Assembly (NCBI GenBank): GCA_030826765.1
Contig: JAUUDM010000016.1
Location: 4,070 to 68,069 of the forward strand
Length of the DNA: 64,000 nt
Reading direction: 5' to 3'
Source of the DNA: Nautiliales bacterium
GTDB taxonomy: Bacteria > Campylobacterota > Campylobacteria > Campylobacterales > JAADDX01
Part shown: one piece after another, positions 54,566 to 63,513 of the stretch
Layout: the number at the start of each line of letters is the position of its first letter
Numbering within the stretch: position 1 is the stretch's first letter
Made by a program: the position numbers and the translations under genes
The notes under the pieces: generated by a model
Told to the model about the DNA's origin: nothing
Seen by the model: the letters and a program-made list of their open reading frames with translations, nothing else
Databases searched by the model: none

Positions 54566-55048
54566 ATGAAAAAATATTTAGCTATAGCCTTATTAGGTTC
54601 ATCTTTATTTGCATCTCAATTTGTACAAAAATACAATATTGCGTTGATTATGCAAACAAATAAAGCAGTATTAGATAAAGTAACTAATCTAAATAAAGAG
54701 GTAAAAAATAATAAAAAATGTGAAATAAAAGAGAATATTCAATATACAAAAGATGATAAATATCCATATAATATAACATTAAATATCTCTTGTAACTCAA
54801 ATGATAATAAAGATATAGAAAAAATTAAAAATATTGTGAGTGATATTGTAAAATCAAAAGATGTAAAAATAGAAGAGTATGCAACTGAAACTTATCAAGC
54901 AAATGAGGAAAAATATAAAAATGAAAAAGAGTTTTTAGATAAACATAAAGATGTAGTTAGAATGTTAAATAAAGCTTTATTTATACAACAACAAATGCAA
55001 AAAGAGATACAAAAAGAAATGCAAGAGATGCAAAAATTATTTAATTAA
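54566..55048 (+). CDS. Hypothetical secreted protein with a Q/K/E/M-rich C-terminal helix
   Basis: Signal peptide MKKYLAIALLGSSLFAS and an AAGGAAG RBS. I recognise no motif. Confidence 0.5.
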   Translation: MKKYLAIALLGSSLFASQFVQKYNIALIMQTNKAVLDKVTNLNKEVKNNKKCEIKENIQYTKDDKYPYNITLNISCNSNDNKDIEKIKNIVSDIVKSKDVKIEEYATETYQANEEKYKNEKEFLDKHKDVVRMLNKALFIQQQMQKEIQKEMQEMQKLFN

Positions 55049-55158
55049 GTAACTATTTGTAAAAAAATCAAAAATAATACAAAAAATTTCTTTAATTGCT
55101 CCTATTTTGAAATAAAAATGAAGTATAATCTAAAAATATTTTTATTAAAGGAGCAATT

Positions 55159-55347
55159 ATGGATGGTGTAAAAGATTATTGGAAAAATCCACTATTTTTA
55201 GTAGGTATGTTTTTATGTGTAGTAGGGACACTTGCAGCAATTACTGGAGCTCATCATATTGGTGTGTGGAGTGAATTAGGCGGATTTGCTATTATTGTAG
55301 CAGCAATTTATTTAATTAATTTAAATAACAAAGAAAAAGTTCACTAA
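55159..55347 (+). CDS. Small hypothetical two-TM membrane protein (62 aa)
   Basis: AAGGAG RBS and two hydrophobic helices (LFLVGMFLCVVGTLAAITGA and GGFAIIVAAIYLI). Confidence 0.4.
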   Translation: MDGVKDYWKNPLFLVGMFLCVVGTLAAITGAHHIGVWSELGGFAIIVAAIYLINLNNKEKVH

Positions 55348-55955
55348 ATTCCAAGCATTAAAATTTTATAAAGAGATTCTATCTCTTTTTCATCTAAAAG
55401 TAGTGTTTTTTTCTCATTAAATAGAGTTTTAATTTTTTCTATTTCAAACCCTTTTTTAGGTATGCACTCTTCACAAGCAGTTAAATAGCCTCTTGCTAAA
55501 TTTACTCTATTGTTGATAGGTTTTTCACATAAAAAGCACTCAAATTCATTATGAAGTCTTCCTTCAAACTCAAGAAGTTTTATATAATTTTCTACTAAAA
55601 CTCTTTTAGGATTTCTATCAAAATTATTCAATATATCCATAAGTAAATCAAAATAAAAACTATCAATTTCTTCTACTTCAAAAAAATGTTCATTAAACAG
55701 TTTTATAAAATTTTGCCAAATCATCATTTTATTTATATCTAATAAAAATTCAAATCCAATTTGCATAACATTTCTTAAACGGTTTATTTGAACTGATGTT
55801 TCTTCTTCTTCAAAATCAATCAAAAAACCAACATTGATTGTAGAGTGTCTAGCACCATAAAAACGATAAAGTCTTAAAATTTTATTTTTTGTTAGAATCG
55901 TAACGACTAAATCTTCTTCTTTTACAAGAGTAGTATGTAAAATAAATCCTCTCAA
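55344..55955 (-). CDS. recO: DNA repair/recombination mediator RecO (epsilonproteobacterial type)
   Basis: MRGFILHTTLVKEEDLVVTILTKNKILRLYRFYGARHS...IDFEEE matches the N-terminal OB-fold pattern as I remember it from Helicobacter/Campylobacter RecO. A C-terminal Cys cluster reads CFLCEKP...CEEC. Confidence 0.7.
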   Translation of the reverse strand: MRGFILHTTLVKEEDLVVTILTKNKILRLYRFYGARHSTINVGFLIDFEEEETSVQINRLRNVMQIGFEFLLDINKMMIWQNFIKLFNEHFFEVEEIDSFYFDLLMDILNNFDRNPKRVLVENYIKLLEFEGRLHNEFECFLCEKPINNRVNLARGYLTACEECIPKKGFEIEKIKTLFNEKKTLLLDEKEIESLYKILMLGI

Positions 55956-56072
55956 TTTGTTCCTTTTAGTAATAATTATGATTTATTATAACAAATATAG
56001 TAGATTTTAATATAAATTTAAAGCTTAATTTAATATAATAAAAACATATTACTCTATATAAAGGAATTTATT

Positions 56073-59000
56073 ATGAATCTATTAAGTTTTAAAGATAACT
56101 GTGGATTTGGATTACTTGCAAGTATTGATGCAACTCCAAGTCATAAAAATGTAGAAGATGCAGTTACTGCACTTGAAAGAATGATGCATAGAGGTGCAAT
56201 AGCAGCTGATGGGAAAAGTGGTGATGGTAGTGGATTGCTTTTTGGAATGCCTACTAAATTTATGAAAAAAGTAGCACACAATGAAGGTGTAGATTTACCT
56301 GAAATTTTTGGTATTGGTGTTATTTTTACAAAAGATGATGAATTATTAAAAATAGTAGAAGAAAAACTTCAAAATAATGATTTGAAAGTAGTTTTAACAA
56401 GAAAAGTTCCTGTAAATACTGAAGCTCTTGGAGAGTTAGCTCTTAAAACTTTACCAAATATTTATCATTTATTTATAACTCCAAATTCTTTAGTTGCGAC
56501 TAAAAGATTTGAAGAAATGTTATATTTAAGTAGAAAAGAGATTGAAAATACAATAGATGATGAAGATTTTTATATTCCTACAATGAGTAGTAAAAAAGTG
56601 GCTTACAAAGGGCTTGTAATGCCTACTCATATCAAACAATTTTATGTAGATTTAGATGATAAAGATTTTGAAGTCGGATTTGCACTGTTTCATCAAAGAT
56701 TTTCTACTAATACTTTACCAAAATGGAGACTTGCCCAACCATTTAGATACATCGCTCATAATGGTGAAATCAACTCTATTCAAGCAAATAGAATCAACGC
56801 ACTAATAAAAACAGAATCAGTAAAAAGTGATGTGTTTAGTGAGGAAGAAATTGAGAGACTTCTTCCAATAGTTCAGATGGGTGGAAGTGACAGTGCAAGT
56901 TTGGATAATATCTTTGAATTTTTAACAATGAATGGAATGGATTTCTTCAAAGCAGCAAGAGCTTTAGTTCCAATGCCTTGGCAAAATTCACCTCATATGG
57001 ATAGTGAACTTAGAGCATTTTATGAATTTACATCTACTTGTTTTGAAGCATGTGACGGACCGGCAGCTGTAAGTTTGACTGATGGAAGATATATCGGAGT
57101 TGTATTAGATAGAAACGGACTTAGACCTGCAAAATATATTATCACAAAAGACAACAGAATTTTAATTTCAAGTGAATATGGTGTAAATGATATTGATGAA
57201 GATAATATTTTAGAAAGAGGAAGACTTCAAGCAGGGCAAATGATTGGAATTGATTTGAAATTTGGTCTGATTCTAAAAGATGAAGAAATCAATAACTACT
57301 TAAAATCAAGACATCCATATAGTGAATGGTTAAATAAAAATTTAGTTTATCTTCAAGAATATACAGAAAACACTTATGCCGTAAGTGATTGTAAAATAGA
57401 AGATTTGGCACACAAACAGAGATATTTTGGTTTTTCAAGAGAAGTTATAAAAGAACAAATCATTCCTATGATGACAGAATCAAAAGAAGCAACAGGAAGT
57501 ATGGGTGATGATGCTCCTATGGCTGCTTTTAGTGATTATCCTTTCAGAAGTTTTAACGACTTTTTTAGACAAAAATTTGCACAAGTTACAAATCCGCCAA
57601 TCGATTCACTAAGAGAAAAAATTGTAATGAGTTTAAATACGGGATTTGGAGAAATTCACAATATTTTACAAGAAAATCCAGACAATGCCAAAAGACTTAA
57701 AGCTTCATCTCCTATTTTAACGCAAAGTAAAGTAGAAGTTTTATCTTCTTTTGGAAATGAAGAATCACCAAGATTTGAGAGTTGCTATAAAAATAAAACT
57801 TATTCAACTACTTTTATAGGTGATTTGAAAACTTCGTTGGAAAATTTAGTTTCAACTATTGCAAATGATGTGAAAAACAACGGAGTTAGAATTATTTTCT
57901 TAGATGACAGAGGATTAGATGTAAATAACAACATTATCCCTATGACTATGCTAATCGGAAGACTTCACAAAAAACTGTTAGATGAAAAAGTTAGACATCT
58001 TACAAGTATAGTAGCAATTACAGGTGAAGTAATAACTCCTCACGATGCAAGTGTTATGATAGCATATGGTGCGACTGCAATTTATCCATATATGCTTTTC
58101 AAAACTGTAATAGATACAGCAAAAGCAGAAAATATAAACCCAGAAGATGCAATAGCAAAAACACAAAGTGCATTAAACAAAGGTATTTTAAAAATTATGT
58201 CAAAAATGGGTATCTCAACAGTTGCAAGTTATAGAAATTCAGCACTATTTGACATAATTGGACTTAGCGAAGAGATGCACAAAGAGTGTTTCATAGGAAG
58301 TGAATTATTAATCCCAGGACTTGGATATAAAGATATCGAAAAAAAATTATCTACAAGACTTCACGAAGCATTTGCAAAAGATAAAATAGAAGCTGGTGGT
58401 GTGTTTAATTTTAGAAGAAATGCTGAAAAACACGATAATATTCCAGCCATTGCAAAGGCGATTAAAACTCTATCTGAAACTGGACTTAAAGAAGAGTATG
58501 ATAAATTTAAAGAATTAGTAGAAAATAGAGATGGAGTTTACATCCGTGATTTCCTTGAAATTAAAAGTGATAGAGAGCCTATTTCAATCGATGAGGTTGA
58601 ACCAAAAGAAGAGATATTTAAAAGATTTGTAAGTGCCGCTATGAGTATCGGTGCACTTAGCAAAGAATCTCACGAAGCCCTTGCAGAAGCGATGAATACA
58701 ATTGGTGCAAAATCAAACTCTGGTGAAGGTGGAGAAGATAAAGCTAGATTTAAAACTATTAAAGAGAGTAAAATCAAACAAATTGCTTCAGGTAGATTTG
58801 GGGTAACTCCAGAATATTTAAGAAATGCCGAAGAACTTCAAATTAAAGTAGCACAAGGTGCAAAACCAGGTGAAGGTGGGCAATTACCAGGATTTAAAGT
58901 TACTGAATATATTGCAAAACTTAGAAATACAACACCAAACAAAACTCTAATTTCACCACCACCACATCATGATATTTATTCAATTGAAGATTTAGCTCAA

Positions 59001-60461
59001 CTTATTTTTGATTTAAAACAAATCAATCCAAAAGCAATCGTTTCAGTAAAACTTGTATCAACTGCGGGAGTTGGAACAATAGCAGCAGGTGTTGCAAAAG
59101 CATATGCTGATAAAATTGTTATCAGTGGTAGCGAAGGTGGAACAGGTGCTGCTCCTATTACTTCAATTAGACACGCAGGTAATCCTTGGGAAATTGGTCT
59201 TATTGAAGCACATAATGCATTAAAAGTAAATGATTTGAGAGGTTTAGTAAGACTTGAAACTGATGGTGGATTAAAAATTGGTAGAGATGTAATTATTGCA
59301 GCACTTCTTGGGGCTGAATATTATGCATTTGGTACAAACTTACTAATGGCTTTAAAATGTATTTTCTGTAGAAGCTGTCAAAAAAATACTTGTCCAGTGG
59401 GACTTACAACTCAAGATGAAGAATACATCGCAAAATATACAGGAAGTGTACAAAATGTAATCAATTATTTAACTTTACTTGCTGAAGATGTTAGAGAATA
59501 TTTAGCTGAGATGGGATATAAATCATTAGATGAAATTATCGGTAAAAATCATTTATTAACTCTAAAAGATAATGAAAAAGCCAAAAAATTTGATTTTAGT
59601 GATTTATTCTATCATGTGGATGGTGATGATACTTGTAAATTCCCTACAAATGAACCATTTGATAAAAATGAATTTGAAAAAGAAATTTTAGAAAAAGTAA
59701 GAAAAACTATTAAAAATCCAGCTCATAAATCAGTTGTAAGAACAAATATTTGTAACTTAAATAGAAGTTTTGGAACACTTACAAGTGGTGAAATCGCTCA
59801 ATATTATGGTGATAAAGGTTTGGAAGATGATAGTATTATTTTCAAACTAAAAGGAACAGCAGGTCAAGGACTTGGAACTTTCTTAAATAATGGTATTACT
59901 ATTGAACTTGATGGAGTTGCAAATGATTATATCGGTAAAGGAATGCACGGTGGTAAAATTATTATCGTTCCAGAAAATCAAGGTGAAAATCTAAGTGCTG
60001 GTGGAAATACTTGTCTTTATGGTGCAACAGGTGGAAAACTTTTTGTAGCTGGTCAAGTAGGTGAAAGATTTGCCGTTAGAAATTCTGGTGCAGTTGCAGT
60101 AGTTGAGGGAACAGGGGATCATCCTTGTGAATATATGACAGGTGGAGAAGTAATCATTCTTGGTTCAACTGGTGTAAATTTCGGTGCTGGTATGACTGGA
60201 GGAATCGCTTTTGTTTATGATACAAAACACGAATTTATTGATAATATCAACCCGGAACTCATTGATGTAAAAAGAATTGATACTGATGAAAATGAAAAAG
60301 AAAAACTTTACCTTAAAAAAAGAATAGTTGAGTATTATAATGCTACTCACTCTAAAAAAGCTAAATTTATTTTAGAAAACTTTAGAAGTGAAGTAAGACA
60401 TTTCTGGATGGTAACTCCAAAAGATAATAAAGTTCCTTTAGATCCAAATGATATGGACTAA
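56073..60461 (+). CDS. gltB: Glutamate synthase large subunit
   Basis: 1462 aa. Ntn-amidotransferase start ...NCGFGLLA, FMN/Fe-S central domain (PPPHHDIYSIEDL, GSEGGTGAAP), and a C-terminal GXGXG beta-helix domain. Confidence 0.95.
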   Translation: MNLLSFKDNCGFGLLASIDATPSHKNVEDAVTALERMMHRGAIAADGKSGDGSGLLFGMPTKFMKKVAHNEGVDLPEIFGIGVIFTKDDELLKIVEEKLQNNDLKVVLTRKVPVNTEALGELALKTLPNIYHLFITPNSLVATKRFEEMLYLSRKEIENTIDDEDFYIPTMSSKKVAYKGLVMPTHIKQFYVDLDDKDFEVGFALFHQRFSTNTLPKWRLAQPFRYIAHNGEINSIQANRINALIKTESVKSDVFSEEEIERLLPIVQMGGSDSASLDNIFEFLTMNGMDFFKAARALVPMPWQNSPHMDSELRAFYEFTSTCFEACDGPAAVSLTDGRYIGVVLDRNGLRPAKYIITKDNRILISSEYGVNDIDEDNILERGRLQAGQMIGIDLKFGLILKDEEINNYLKSRHPYSEWLNKNLVYLQEYTENTYAVSDCKIEDLAHKQRYFGFSREVIKEQIIPMMTESKEATGSMGDDAPMAAFSDYPFRSFNDFFRQKFAQVTNPPIDSLREKIVMSLNTGFGEIHNILQENPDNAKRLKASSPILTQSKVEVLSSFGNEESPRFESCYKNKTYSTTFIGDLKTSLENLVSTIANDVKNNGVRIIFLDDRGLDVNNNIIPMTMLIGRLHKKLLDEKVRHLTSIVAITGEVITPHDASVMIAYGATAIYPYMLFKTVIDTAKAENINPEDAIAKTQSALNKGILKIMSKMGISTVASYRNSALFDIIGLSEEMHKECFIGSELLIPGLGYKDIEKKLSTRLHEAFAKDKIEAGGVFNFRRNAEKHDNIPAIAKAIKTLSETGLKEEYDKFKELVENRDGVYIRDFLEIKSDREPISIDEVEPKEEIFKRFVSAAMSIGALSKESHEALAEAMNTIGAKSNSGEGGEDKARFKTIKESKIKQIASGRFGVTPEYLRNAEELQIKVAQGAKPGEGGQLPGFKVTEYIAKLRNTTPNKTLISPPPHHDIYSIEDLAQLIFDLKQINPKAIVSVKLVSTAGVGTIAAGVAKAYADKIVISGSEGGTGAAPITSIRHAGNPWEIGLIEAHNALKVNDLRGLVRLETDGGLKIGRDVIIAALLGAEYYAFGTNLLMALKCIFCRSCQKNTCPVGLTTQDEEYIAKYTGSVQNVINYLTLLAEDVREYLAEMGYKSLDEIIGKNHLLTLKDNEKAKKFDFSDLFYHVDGDDTCKFPTNEPFDKNEFEKEILEKVRKTIKNPAHKSVVRTNICNLNRSFGTLTSGEIAQYYGDKGLEDDSIIFKLKGTAGQGLGTFLNNGITIELDGVANDYIGKGMHGGKIIIVPENQGENLSAGGNTCLYGATGGKLFVAGQVGERFAVRNSGAVAVVEGTGDHPCEYMTGGEVIILGSTGVNFGAGMTGGIAFVYDTKHEFIDNINPELIDVKRIDTDENEKEKLYLKKRIVEYYNATHSKKAKFILENFRSEVRHFWMVTPKDNKVPLDPNDMD

Positions 60462-60493
60462 AAAAATTATAGAATAAAATCTATAATTTTTTT
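60460..60493. terminator. 13-bp perfect AT-rich inverted repeat between the convergent gltB and MazF-like genes
   Basis: AAAAAAATTATAG-AATAAAAT-CTATAATTTTTTT. A/T runs on both sides would give U-tails in either direction. It overlaps the 3' end of the MazF-like ORF. Confidence 0.45.
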
Positions 60494-60955
60494 GACTTCT
60501 TCTATCTCTTTTTGAGTTAGTTTTGCAATTAATCCTCTATCCCATAAAAATTTATTAACTGCTACTATTCCAATAGCATTACAAACTATCTCACTTGTTT
60601 TAGGTAAATTTGCGCGGGCTTCTATTCTATATCTCATCTCACCTCCAACTAATTGAGAACTAAGTGGTAAAACGATTACAGAATGATAATCACCTCTAAA
60701 ACACGCTTCATTTAAAAAATTATTTTGCCAAATTACAAATGGTCTTTTTTTTGATTTTTTTGTAATTTTAGCGTAATAAATTTCGCCTTTTTTGAAGTTA
60801 ATTGGAGAGATTCCTTCATAACTATTTTCGATAAAATCAGCAAAGCTAAATTGTTGACTTCTTGGTTTACATTTTAGTGAATTTTTATTTTTTTCAAACC
60901 ATTCTTCATAAGTCAAGATTCTCTTACCTTTTTGTATTCTTTTGGTATTAAACAT
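60467..60955 (-). CDS. MazF/PemK-fold toxin-like protein with a ~55-aa N-terminal extension; no adjacent antitoxin ORF
   Basis: It aligns by eye to E. coli MazF as follows: KKGEIYYAKI/GDLIWVDF, KKRPFVIWQNNFLN/HRPAVVLSPFMYNN, SVIVLPLSSQ/CLCVPCTTQS, and the C-terminal LTQKEIEEVKKIIDFIL/VAPEELQLIKAKINVLIG. Confidence 0.6.
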   Translation of the reverse strand: MFNTKRIQKGKRILTYEEWFEKNKNSLKCKPRSQQFSFADFIENSYEGISPINFKKGEIYYAKITKKSKKRPFVIWQNNFLNEACFRGDYHSVIVLPLSSQLVGGEMRYRIEARANLPKTSEIVCNAIGIVAVNKFLWDRGLIAKLTQKEIEEVKKIIDFIL

Positions 60956-61773
60956 TCATTAGCGTCAAGCAGTTCCGGATAAAATCCAGCATTAAATCCA
61001 AGTTCAAAAAGTTTGTTTATTGCTTTTAGCTGAAGTTCACTTAAAGTTATACTTTCATCATTTGCATATAAAGAAAGGTATTTTTTTAGAGTTTCGCTAT
61101 CAACTCTTACTAAATTTCTTTCAATTAACATTTTAGAAAGCAGTTCTTTATGAGTATTTCCTACTTTAACAGCTTTTGTAAGAACTTCTTCTATATTTAT
61201 TGCATCAAGCAAAGGAATGCTTCTTCTTATAGCCATTCCTCCAAGTGGAAGTGGTAAGTTTTCTTTATTTAGTTCACTCCAAATATCCCAAATTTCAGCT
61301 TCAACTTCTAATCTTTCGTCATAAGTCAAAATTGATTCGTGTATCAAAACTCCAGCGTCAACTTCTCCATCCAAAACAGCTTTTTCAATCTCTAAAAAGT
61401 TATAATATTTTATTCTGGCCTCTGGATATTTAAGTCTAAAAATTAGAGCATTTGTAGTATATTTTCCACTAAGTGCAACTTTAAAATTTCTTTTTAGTTT
61501 TTTGTCTTTTAGTTTGATGAGTTTAGGTCCATAGCCTTCTCCAAAACTTACAGCAGTTCTAAGAAGTGCATATTCTTGTGCTATGTGTGGATAAAGAGCG
61601 AAACTAATTGCACTAACATCCCAAATTCCTGCTAATGTTTGTTGATTTAGGGTTTCAATATCATCAGCCGTGTTTTTAAAATCATAATCACTACTAACCC
61701 ATCCAAATTTAATAGCATAATACATAAATATATCATCTGCGTCAGGAGAGTGTGCTAAATTTATTTGTTTCAA
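60913..61773 (-). CDS. MqnA/MqnD/SBP-family protein (futalosine-pathway menaquinone biosynthesis family)
   Basis: N-terminal LAHSPDADDIFMYYAIKFGW signature and a periplasmic-binding-protein-like fold length (286 aa). Assignment to a specific Mqn step is not possible by eye. Confidence 0.55.
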   Translation of the reverse strand: MKQINLAHSPDADDIFMYYAIKFGWVSSDYDFKNTADDIETLNQQTLAGIWDVSAISFALYPHIAQEYALLRTAVSFGEGYGPKLIKLKDKKLKRNFKVALSGKYTTNALIFRLKYPEARIKYYNFLEIEKAVLDGEVDAGVLIHESILTYDERLEVEAEIWDIWSELNKENLPLPLGGMAIRRSIPLLDAINIEEVLTKAVKVGNTHKELLSKMLIERNLVRVDSETLKKYLSLYANDESITLSELQLKAINKLFELGFNAGFYPELLDANECLIPKEYKKVRES

Positions 61774-61913
61774 TGTAAGCCTTTTTTGTGTAATTATAGC
61801 AAAAAGATATAATTATGATAATTTAATTTATATTTTAAAATAAGAGTAAATTTATAAATTTATGTTATAATTAAACATATGTAGTTATAAAATAAATAAA
61901 GATATTCTATAAA

Positions 61914-63185
61914 ATGAAGACATTAAAACATATTTCAAAACTTATTCCATATATAAATGATGCATTTACAGAATTTTATGATGCAATGCTTAGTGATCCG
62001 AAACTTTCCATATTTTTTGAAAATGATGAACAAATACAGCATCTTATCAAAATGCAAAAAGCTCGTTTTCTAAAAACATTAAGTATGGAGGATGAAGAAA
62101 TTCAAAATTTATATATAAGGTTAGGAGAATATCATTATGATATTAAAATTCCATATGTTGATTTTATAAAAGGTGCTCAAATTCTTGAAGAATATTTTTT
62201 AATGCATGCAGGGAATATTGATAATTGTAAAGAGATTATAAAAGAAATTTTTATTTATTTTAAATATATGAAATCTTTTACTGCAAAAGGTTATCTTAAT
62301 AGGATGATAGAAGAGGATCAAAAAGATATAGATAATTTTTTTTCTCATTCAAATGATGAATGTTTTCAATCACCTTATATTACAGCAAAAATAAAATGGT
62401 TAAGAAAACTTTTAGATAGAATAATGGATGATGTTGATATTGATAATATAGATTTAACATTAGAATGTTGGTCAGAAGAAATTACTAAATTTTCTAAAGA
62501 TAAAAAAGAATTTATATGCAGTATTGAAAAAAGAATTATGTTAAATACACAAAATCTTTTTTATTTTCTAAAGAGACAAGATTATTTAGAAATTTTACCA
62601 CTTTATAGTTCTTTACTTGAAATTTATAAATTAACATTACTTCTTAATAATCTTGTAACTGTTGAAATAGCAGATGAGACTATATGTTGTTTAAAAATTG
62701 ACGGATTATCAAAATTTCTAAGAAAAGAGAGCTTTGAAGAAATTCTAAAAAAAGAGATAAATTATGCTAAAAGATACAAAGAATATACTTTTAGTGTAGC
62801 TTATATTGATTTTGATAATTTTAAGTATATAAATGATAATTTTGATCATTATAGTGGGGATAAAGTTATAGAAAAATTTGGTGAAACTGTTCGAAATAAT
62901 ATTAGAGGTTCTGATATAGCGTTTAGAATTGGTGGTGATGAATTTGCTATTATATTTAAAAACGCTACAAAAGAAGCTGCAAAAAAAGTTTGTCAAAAAA
63001 TAGAAACAGAATTTTCATCTTATGAATTTGCTTTTAATGATGAAACAGTATTTAAAGTAACTTTAAGTATAGGAGTAGTGGAATATAATAGAAATATAGA
63101 TATTGATTTTAATTCAATGATAGAAAGAGTTGATGCTAAATTATATGAAGCGAAAAAAAATGGTAAAAACCAAATAGTTTATTAA
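61914..63185 (+). CDS. Globin-coupled sensor diguanylate cyclase (N-terminal sensor globin, middle helical domain, C-terminal GGDEF with I-site)
   Basis: Sensor-globin pattern FTEFYDAMLSDPKLSIFFENDEQIQHLIKMQKARFL...RLGEYHYDIKIPYVDFIKGAQIL (candidate proximal His). GGDEF domain reads RGSDIAFRIGGDEFAIIF, with RxxD located 5 residues upstream. Confidence 0.75.
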   Translation: MKTLKHISKLIPYINDAFTEFYDAMLSDPKLSIFFENDEQIQHLIKMQKARFLKTLSMEDEEIQNLYIRLGEYHYDIKIPYVDFIKGAQILEEYFLMHAGNIDNCKEIIKEIFIYFKYMKSFTAKGYLNRMIEEDQKDIDNFFSHSNDECFQSPYITAKIKWLRKLLDRIMDDVDIDNIDLTLECWSEEITKFSKDKKEFICSIEKRIMLNTQNLFYFLKRQDYLEILPLYSSLLEIYKLTLLLNNLVTVEIADETICCLKIDGLSKFLRKESFEEILKKEINYAKRYKEYTFSVAYIDFDNFKYINDNFDHYSGDKVIEKFGETVRNNIRGSDIAFRIGGDEFAIIFKNATKEAAKKVCQKIETEFSSYEFAFNDETVFKVTLSIGVVEYNRNIDIDFNSMIERVDAKLYEAKKNGKNQIVY

Positions 63186-63513
63186 TTGGAAATTTATAAA
63201 CTATTTAAATTAAACTAATTTTTATGAGTTTATATCTATAAGTTTTTCTTAAAAGTATATATTCTTATGAATATGTTCAAATAAAAAGCAAAATTAATTA
63301 TACTAATATTCTATAGTCCTACTAAATAGTTGATTTAGAATTTTAATATTATATGTAAATTTGAAGAGAGTGTTAAATTAATTTATTTGTAATTAGATTA
63401 TATTTTAAGTATAATCAAATTAGTAATATTAGCTATAAATAAATTTAAAAAGTAATAATTTACAATTTTATTTATAAATATAATTATACACAAGTTAGTA
63501 GGAGAAGTTTATT

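Noticed and set aside
56073-60461. gltB is not followed by the small-subunit gene gltD.
   Set aside because: The gene downstream is convergent. gltD may simply be encoded elsewhere or upstream of the window. Absence within 64 kb is not evidence of anything unusual.
63186-63513. A 328-bp extremely AT-rich spacer before the truncated outer-membrane protein gene, examined for small ORFs, repeats or RNA genes.
   Set aside because: I could find no RBS-supported ORF, no inverted or direct repeat longer than ~8 bp and no GC-rich structured segment. It is probably just a promoter/UP-element region.
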